Positions 23,349 through 29,693 of a DNA stretch of 53,062 nucleotides are shown piece by piece; positions within the stretch are counted from its first letter, which is position 1, and the number at the start of each line of letters is the position of its first letter. The notes under the pieces are model-generated. The model was not told the DNA's origin and made no database searches. It saw only the letters and a program-made list of their open reading frames with translations. Source of the DNA: Tubulanus polymorphus (Eukaryota > Animalia > Nemertea); NCBI RefSeq assembly GCF_964204645.1, contig NW_027437480.1, forward strand, positions 1-53,062. The letters run 5' to 3'. Made by a program: the position numbers and the translations under genes.

Positions 23349-25814
23349 CTACGGGACGTTCATGCCTCGGGGCGTGTTCGTGTCGAGTCGTCGTATCCAG
23401 TCTTGTTCGGCTGCTTCGCGGATCGGTCTCGTGGAGCCTGGTAGGTGTTGGAGACCGTACACCCGAAAGTGTTCGCGGGTGTGGTCGACTTGGTTGAAGT
23501 GGTCCGAGACTGGAGTCGAATTCTTCGTTCTGATGCGTGAGACGTGATGAGTGACGCGTTCTCGTAGAGACATTCCGGTTTGGCCGACGTACAGCATGTT
23601 GCACTTGGTGCATTCGATGCAGTATACAATTTCACGGGTCGCGCAATTAATTGTGCTGCGGATCGCGTGCATTTTGTTGTGGCTGCGGCAAACGGTTGTT
23701 TCTCGGACGAGTGGACACGTACGACATCTCGGTGTTCTGCATTTCTCGGTGCCTCGACGTCGGGTTGACGGAGTTCTTTGAGTAGACCTGGAAATAGAAG
23801 AATTGGAAACAACGGAAGTATTTCTGTTACGATGCGGTGAAGAGGGGACTCGGGGTGGGGGTGGCTCCGTGGGTTTGAGCTGCGACGAAGTTAGGAGATC
23901 TTTGAGACTCTTGTGCTTGGTGTAGGCGGTGACCGTGGTTACCTCGTCAGACCGGCCGGTGGCCGTAGCCAGTTCCGTAAATCTGGTTCGGATGTTACGG
24001 GCTAGGGTTCGGTTGGCTTCGGAGTGAGGTAAGATAAGCGGTAAACGCTTTTTCGGCGGTTCGTCGGCCCGTTGTTGTTCTCGTAGATCTCGTTCGGCGT
24101 GGTGCCGTAGAGCTTGGCTTTTGATGTGTCGCAGTTCGCGGTCTTTGTAGCCACGACCTCTGAGTACTTTAAGGACGGTTCCGGACGCTGCGTGTAAGTC
24201 CGAATCGTTATTGCAGATGCGCCGGAACCGGAGAATTTGACTTTTAACTATACCGGAAAATGTGTGTTTAGGGTGAAACGAGGATCGATGTAGTAATTGA
24301 TGCGAATCGGTTGGTTTGAAGTAGACTTTGGTGTCTACTGTGCCACTTGTCTCGAATCGCGGGCCTTTGAAAGTGGTTACGTCCAGGAAGTTGACGCTGG
24401 TGTCGCTGATTTCGAACTTGAGTTTGATGGATCGGCTCACTGTTTGTAGGACGTCGATGAATTGCATCAACGTTTCGCGGCCGTGTTCCCAAACTATGTA
24501 GATGTCGTCGATGAACCGAGCGTATAGCGATGGTTGGAGTTCGCTTCTGGACAGACCTTCTTTTTCCCATTCGGCTACAAAGATATTGGCATAAGAAGGA
24601 GCAAAACGCTTACCCATTGCGGTACCTTTTACCTGTAAATATGTGTTATCGTTAAAGTTAAAGTCATTTTTCTTCAGGCTGATTTCGAGTAGTTTCAGCA
24701 GCTCGGCATCCGGGCGTCCCGGGTTTGGGTTATCTCGGAGAGCTTGTCGGATGCTGGCGATACCCTCTTCGTGGGGGATGTTGGTGTAGAGCGAATCGAT
24801 GTCCATGGTGACGAGTAACGCATCGGCGCTAAATTGTTTACCGGCCAAAATATCTAGAAAGTGGTTGGTATCTTTGACGTACGACGGGTGACCGCGGGCG
24901 ATCGGCTGCAAATAGTAGTCGATCCATTCCGAAATTTCGTAGGTTTCGGAGCCGCAGTCGGAGACGATCGGTCTCCCCGGCGGTACGCGATCGGGTACCG
25001 TCCACTTCTCGCGTTCTTTATGGATTTTGGGAAGCAGATAGAACTGCCTCTGTTTCGGATTATCGGGCGGTAATAGATATTCGGCGGTTTTTAGCGGGAT
25101 GATTTTTCGTCGAGCCATATTTTCGATGATTTCGCGAATTTCTTCCCCGGTCTGTTCGAAGATCGGTTGCTGCAGCGGCTGATAATACTCGAGATCGGCT
25201 AGTTGGCGCATGGCTTCGTGGACGTAGTCGTCGCGGTCCATGATAACCGTAGCGGAACCCTTATCGGCGGCTTTGATGACAATATTAGTGTTGTCACGCA
25301 GCTGCTGGAGGGCTTCGCGTTCCTGTTTAGTGAGGTTATCATTTACGCGACGCGTATCCCTGGTTTGTTGAGCCAATTCGTGCGCGTCGTTGCAGAACCC
25401 GGCGATTACTGGTTCTATTTCATCCGGAGCCCAACTGCTGGGCAGACGGAAACGCGGAGCCTCGCGGTCCGGTTTGTCTCGGAAGTGATGGTCGAGTTTC
25501 ACTAGCCGGTTGAATCGGCACACTCCCTTGGTGCGCTCGGTCGCGGCGGCATCAGAACCGATTTTTGGAGTCGGGCAATAAGTGAGGCCCTTTCGGAGTA
25601 GCTGATGTTGCGCCGGACTTAGGCGGAGTGAACGTGTGAGGTTGACCACCGGGCTCCCGAGAGCGGTGACCGGATCGCGTCGCGCTTGGTTTGGTGCCGG
25701 TTCTTCGTGTTCGTCGGACCTGGAAATGGAAGAAATCAGAGAAGCATTGGTTAATTCCGGTTGATTTAACTCACCAATAGTGGACCCGTTGGTCTCACTA
25801 ATACTTAGTTTAAA
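23349..25814 (-). CDS. PLE ORF2: reverse transcriptase + Cys-rich linker + GIY-YIG endonuclease (unit 1); frame open from the slippery site
   Basis: ADKG, FYLLPKIHK, PGRPIVS, LVTMDIDSLYTNIP, GTAMG...APSYANIF, RFIDD, FLDV, linker CRTPRCRTC, IVYCIECTKCNMLYVGQT...R...HF...H...E...GMN. The track start (25649) is GTG; the frame has no stop back to 25814. Confidence 0.95.
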   Translation of the reverse strand, partial: FKLSISETNGSTIGELNQPELTNASLISSISRSDEHEEPAPNQARRDPVTALGSPVVNLTRSLRLSPAQHQLLRKGLTYCPTPKIGSDAAATERTKGVCRFNRLVKLDHHFRDKPDREAPRFRLPSSWAPDEIEPVIAGFCNDAHELAQQTRDTRRVNDNLTKQEREALQQLRDNTNIVIKAADKGSATVIMDRDDYVHEAMRQLADLEYYQPLQQPIFEQTGEEIREIIENMARRKIIPLKTAEYLLPPDNPKQRQFYLLPKIHKEREKWTVPDRVPPGRPIVSDCGSETYEISEWIDYYLQPIARGHPSYVKDTNHFLDILAGKQFSADALLVTMDIDSLYTNIPHEEGIASIRQALRDNPNPGRPDAELLKLLEISLKKNDFNFNDNTYLQVKGTAMGKRFAPSYANIFVAEWEKEGLSRSELQPSLYARFIDDIYIVWEHGRETLMQFIDVLQTVSRSIKLKFEISDTSVNFLDVTTFKGPRFETSGTVDTKVYFKPTDSHQLLHRSSFHPKHTFSGIVKSQILRFRRICNNDSDLHAASGTVLKVLRGRGYKDRELRHIKSQALRHHAERDLREQQRADEPPKKRLPLILPHSEANRTLARNIRTRFTELATATGRSDEVTTVTAYTKHKSLKDLLTSSQLKPTEPPPPRVPSSPHRNRNTSVVSNSSISRSTQRTPSTRRRGTEKCRTPRCRTCPLVRETTVCRSHNKMHAIRSTINCATREIVYCIECTKCNMLYVGQTGMSLRERVTHHVSRIRTKNSTPVSDHFNQVDHTREHFRVYGLQHLPGSTRPIREAAEQDWIRRLDTNTPRGMNVP
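25778..25814 (-). other. Candidate -1 programmed ribosomal frameshift signal (heptamer also at 32153-32159, 38495-38501, 44837-44843, 51179-51185)
   Basis: T_TTA_AAC (25814-25808) in the correct ORF1 phase, immediately followed by the ORF1 TAA; 7-nt spacer, then hairpin TAGTG-A-GACC-AACG-GGTC-CACTA. The -1 frame is ORF2. Confidence 0.8.
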
Positions 25815-27316
25815 CCACTGAGCCAGTGGTCCAGCAGGGTGTTAGCTGTACCACGGTTCCAGTGGATCCCGTCTCCAACAACTCTGAAGCGTCGATCATC
25901 GATGGGTGGTATCGCGGTGACGTCGTCGTTATTCTCGAGGAATTCGTTGAACTTCCGGGCGAACTGCTGGTGTTCGCGGGTCGTGTTGAGTTGAACGAAG
26001 TGGACGAACGAGTGCTGATACTTCTTGACTGCGGCGTTGATCAGGCGCTGTGTGGTCTTCCTGGCGGTCGCTTCGAAGTTGTTGTCGCGGTTGTTGATTC
26101 CGACGCTGATGATCACCGTATCCGGGCGATCTCGGCGCTCCGGTACAGCATCGATCAGGTCGGCGAGATGAGCTATCTTGCAGCCGGGGAAGCTCTCGAT
26201 CTGGACGTCATCCGGACGGCGGCTTAATGTGATGTTACTCAGATTTGAGTCACCAATCACCAGAATGGGTCGCCGGGTTGGTGGCAGACTCCAATCCTGT
26301 TTCTTCCGACCCGTATTCGGATGACGGCGAACTTCCTGGGGCGCCATCGGTCTCGGTGTTGGCGTCGGACTTCGCGCTGGCAGTAGGCGCCCTGGTGACC
26401 TGTAATGAGACGGAGAGCTGGAAAGAGAAGAAGAGAGAGACGGCGTCGGACTGCTGGTTGGTGCGGTCGGCGTTCTCTGCGGCGGCGGCGGCGGCGTCGG
26501 GTTTCGAGGCGGCGGCGTCGGACTTCTCGGTGGCGTCGGACTTCTTGGTGGCGGCGGCGGCGTCGGCATCGGATTTCTCGGTGGTGGCGCCATTCTGGGT
26601 GGTGGCGTCCTGGTGACATCCGCGTAGCTTCTCGGTGACCTGGAATCAGAAAAAGAAGGAGGCGCTGTGGGCGCGGCGGGCGCGGCTGCGGTTGGTGCAG
26701 GCGTCCTCGGCGTCGCGGGCTTTCGAATCTTCCGGCTCGGTCTCGGCGGCGGACGAATCTTCGGCTCCGTGGGTGCCTCCTGGTGGTGTGACCTGAAATG
26801 AGAAGGGGAAGAAGGTGGGTTAGATAGGACATTTCTGAGTTTGTCAGACAGAGCCTGACCGCGGAATTTCGACCGCAAATCCAGCGCGATGTTGAAAAGC
26901 CGGATCGTTCCGGGGCTCAGACGGGAGCCGAAATTCCTCCGGGCCCATGTCAGGGCGACATCCTGTGCTGATAGACAGTCCGGCAGAGGATCACCCATTA
27001 GCTCAACAAATGTGGCAGCGTAATGGATGGTCAGCTCTTTCGAAACTGTCTCCATCCAGACGTCCGCGGCAGCGTGCAGCTGCACCGTTACTGCTTCGGT
27101 GCAAGCCGCCGGCCGCAGGAACATCTTCAGATGGTCCTTCTTCCTCCGAATCGCTTTCGGACCAGAGCTCAACTGGGCAAGGTGGTGCGCCACTTGAAGA
27201 GCTCTATAATAGGTTTTCGGCGACATCCCGGGTTGCTGGTGTCGCTCAGGGCGTCCTCCGCCCTTGCTGGTCTTCTCAGCTGGTGGTCGTTTCTTCTTTC
27301 GAGTAGATCGCTCCAT
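25805..27316 (-). CDS. PLE ORF1: basic N-terminus, helical domain, Pro/Ser/Thr-rich linker, SGNH/GDSL hydrolase (unit 1)
   Basis: SGNH blocks VIGDSNL, SFPG, ISVGINN, DGIHW; NLS-like RKKKRP. ATG 27316 is preferred because ATG 27367 lies at the predicted transcription start and upstream of the ribozyme. Confidence 0.88.
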   Translation of the reverse strand: MERSTRKKKRPPAEKTSKGGGRPERHQQPGMSPKTYYRALQVAHHLAQLSSGPKAIRRKKDHLKMFLRPAACTEAVTVQLHAAADVWMETVSKELTIHYAATFVELMGDPLPDCLSAQDVALTWARRNFGSRLSPGTIRLFNIALDLRSKFRGQALSDKLRNVLSNPPSSPSHFRSHHQEAPTEPKIRPPPRPSRKIRKPATPRTPAPTAAAPAAPTAPPSFSDSRSPRSYADVTRTPPPRMAPPPRNPMPTPPPPPRSPTPPRSPTPPPRNPTPPPPPQRTPTAPTSSPTPSLSSSLSSSPSHYRSPGRLLPARSPTPTPRPMAPQEVRRHPNTGRKKQDWSLPPTRRPILVIGDSNLSNITLSRRPDDVQIESFPGCKIAHLADLIDAVPERRDRPDTVIISVGINNRDNNFEATARKTTQRLINAAVKKYQHSFVHFVQLNTTREHQQFARKFNEFLENNDDVTAIPPIDDRRFRVVGDGIHWNRGTANTLLDHWLSGLN

Positions 27317-27354
27317 TGACAGATATTTCGGCGAGGTTGCCTTCGTCAGTGTCA
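27317..27354 (-). ncRNA. Minimal type I hammerhead ribozyme (unit 1)
   Basis: UGACA-CUGACGA-A-GGC-AACCUC-GCC-GAAA-UA-UC^UGUCA: 5-bp stem I, complete core, 3-bp stem II, palindromic AUAU in place of stem III. Confidence 0.8.
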
Positions 27355-27364
27355 GTGCAGGAAT

Positions 27365-27398
27365 CATGCTGAACTAGGATTAGACACGGGTTTTTATA
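27365..27398 (-). promoter_or_regulatory. TATA box (TATAAAAA 27398-27391) with Inr-like TTCAGC about 28 nt downstream; TATA repeated at 33733-33740, 40075-40082, 46417-46424, 52759-52766
   Basis: Canonical TATA-Inr spacing directly upstream of the ribozyme and ORF1. Confidence 0.65.
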
Positions 27399-28739
27399 CA
27401 CGCAGCGCGCAACAAGTGAACAGTATTCGAGTTAGAAGTTAAGTGACCATATGAGACCTTGTGATCTAGACTAATTGTACTTCTGTGATCAAGCTAATAG
27501 ACAAACTAGGGGTCTGACTAATTATGCCTTTGATCCAGAGTGACTAGAAAACAGCACTAATTATAGCCCTTGATCTAGCTGTTGAATAGTTTGCTTTGAT
27601 GTATAGTTCTAAAGATCTAAAGAGCGGCGTGTCTAATATAGAATTGAAAAGTTTATTTCGATATAACCTAATAAATACTCAAAGTGTTTTCTATAAAGAG
27701 AAATCTAGAATATGTATTATTAATATACGTGAACCGGAATGTTCGAAATATGTCCGAGTTCAGTTTCAAAATTGCTTAATTCCTAATTAGTTTAGACGCG
27801 TTAATTAGCGGTGCGCGGCCGAGGCGTATTCCGATATACGCGTGTTTACTAGATAGTCGTAAATGGTGAAATCCGGTTCTTAGTTAATCGAGTTTTCTCC
27901 GTATTCTAAAGCTTTTAAGAGCGGATTTTGAAATATCTACGCGGTATTCTACCGAAAATTGGATGAATTAGACAGCGCGGCGTCGGCGATTTAGTAGGAA
28001 GTTATAACCCGTAAGATCTAAATTACTGAGTGAGCGCGGGTGGTTAATTAGCCCTAATTATGGGTGACGAGTTTTGATAGAAATGTCTTACTAATACGTC
28101 TGTTTTAATTCTACGTTCTTAAATATAATTCTATTAGATAAACTACGCTTATTTAGAGTTATTAGGATCGAGTAAAGCTATGTGAACTTAAACATGTCAC
28201 AAATATATTCAGACCGGAGCGCGGGTATTCAGTCAATCGGTTTAAGCTTGCGTAGTTTGAGTGGTTCAAAAACACTATGATCTCTTCTTTAATCCGAAGG
28301 TTGAAATATATACGTGATATAAAACTCTTTTTGAATCGGGAATATTGGGCTGTGTTCTTTGAAAAAAACTGATGAGTTTGAAGGCGTCGTAACTGCGATT
28401 TTGTATAGAATTGAGTCGGATAATTAGTCAAGAGGCGCAGGTGGCCGATCGGTCACTAATTATGAGTGACTTGTAAACAGTGATTGATGTCCGTGGACTA
28501 TTATTTATCCTATAAACTTCTTATACTTCTACAACCTATAGTGCGGTTTTTGAATATAGCTACTAATACTTTTGAGCGATCTCATTAGAATTGTTATCCG
28601 AAAATAAACTGTCTGTTTTAGAGAAATTTGAAACTTGACACCCGGATCTATATAGAGTATGTTCCAAGAGTTGGCGCGTAGATACGATAATAGTTAATTA
28701 GGACGTAGCGGGTTAGGTCCCCGACCGAACGTAATAGAT

Positions 28740-29296
28740 TAAACGGAGGTTAATTAGGGTGCCGCGGGTTCGAGTCCCGACCAGGCGCCGTTTAGTAATT
28801 GAATAGTTCTATTCTAAATGTTTTTTACCTATTCTGGATTCCTTTTAATTCTGAATCTTTGACGGATACAATAGTACTTTTCAGATGTTTCTACGATATA
28901 ATCTTAGTGCCGACGCATATTTTCAAAATAAATAAGAGCGGTGGACTGGTTACCGGTATCTAACGCGGGGCACCGGCAACCCGTCAGTACTAGCGGTTAA
29001 TTTCGGAGCGGCGGGTACGGTTCCCGAGTATTCTCCGGAGCTTAATTCGGGTGCCGCGGGTTCGAGTCCCGATCAGGCGCGCCGTTTTAGTAATTGAGTA
29101 TATTCTTACCTATTCTAGATTCCCTTTCTTTCTAAATTTATAATAGATTAATTAATACTTTTCGGGTGTTTCTATGATATAATCTCAGTGCTGACGCATA
29201 TTTTCGAAATAGATAATAGCGGTGGACTGGTTACCGGTTTCTATCGTCCTGGGACAGGCAACCAGTCTGTACTAGCGGTTAGGGTTCGGTTCCCGA
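28740..29296. repeat. Diverged ~292-bp internal duplication in the PLE spacer, each copy with GCGGGTTCGAGTCCCGA
   Basis: B-box cores at 28767 and 29059; flanking blocks align by eye. Confidence 0.85.
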
Positions 29297-29693
29297 TATC
29301 GCGCTTTTGTTTATTTTTCTAACTGTTTCTGATATTTGATCTGTCTTCTTACTTACTGAATTTCGATTGAGTTTTCAAAGTAAAGCAGAGAGAACTAATT
29401 AAAAGATAAAAGGTTAATGATTCCTGTGGAGCTTGTGATCTTGGAGTTTGTTTTGTACTCTGTCTCTGAGCGGGTTTCTGCTTCAGGCGACGGAGGATGA
29501 TTCTGCAAATAGATTGATGATTAATAATTAATCAGTTAAGATAATTTACGAGGGAAACCTGGCACGGGCTAAGGTTAGGTTTAGAGATAGAGGTTAGGGG
29601 ACCAAACCGAAGGTTTGGAGACCCCACTAGTGCACGGGCAGCGGGTTATCCCTGTAAAAAAGTAGTGAGAGTTAATTGTTGTAGTGAGGCGGT

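Larger units (their letters stand above)
23228..29572 (-). mobile_element. Penelope-like retroelement (Neptune-type architecture), unit 1, 6345 bp
   Basis: ORF1 + RT/GIY-YIG ORF2 + ~2.2-kb non-coding spacer; boundaries set by the repeat period and the left junction. Confidence 0.95.

Noticed and set aside
25720-25774. 55-nt GTGAGT...TTCCAG intron as the mechanism joining ORF1 to ORF2
   Set aside because: The donor lies downstream of the ORF1 stop, so this splice cannot fuse the ORFs and would shift the -1 frame; kept only as a possible regulatory splice.
23349-25814. Naiad/Chlamys-type PLE with selenocysteine recoding, or telomerase (TERT)
   Set aside because: The endonuclease is C-terminal, there is no in-frame TGA, and no TERT T/CP motifs were recognised.
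28369-28400. CTGATGAG on the + strand as a second hammerhead
   Set aside because: No correctly placed GAAA or closing stems.
23551-28431. Small antisense and spacer ORFs in each PLE unit (60-133 aa)
   Set aside because: No recognisable motifs; expected shadows of GC-rich coding sequence, and recurrence only reflects unit identity.
28760-28790. tRNA gene
   Set aside because: Only a T-arm/B-box-like piece; no D-arm, anticodon arm or acceptor stem found.
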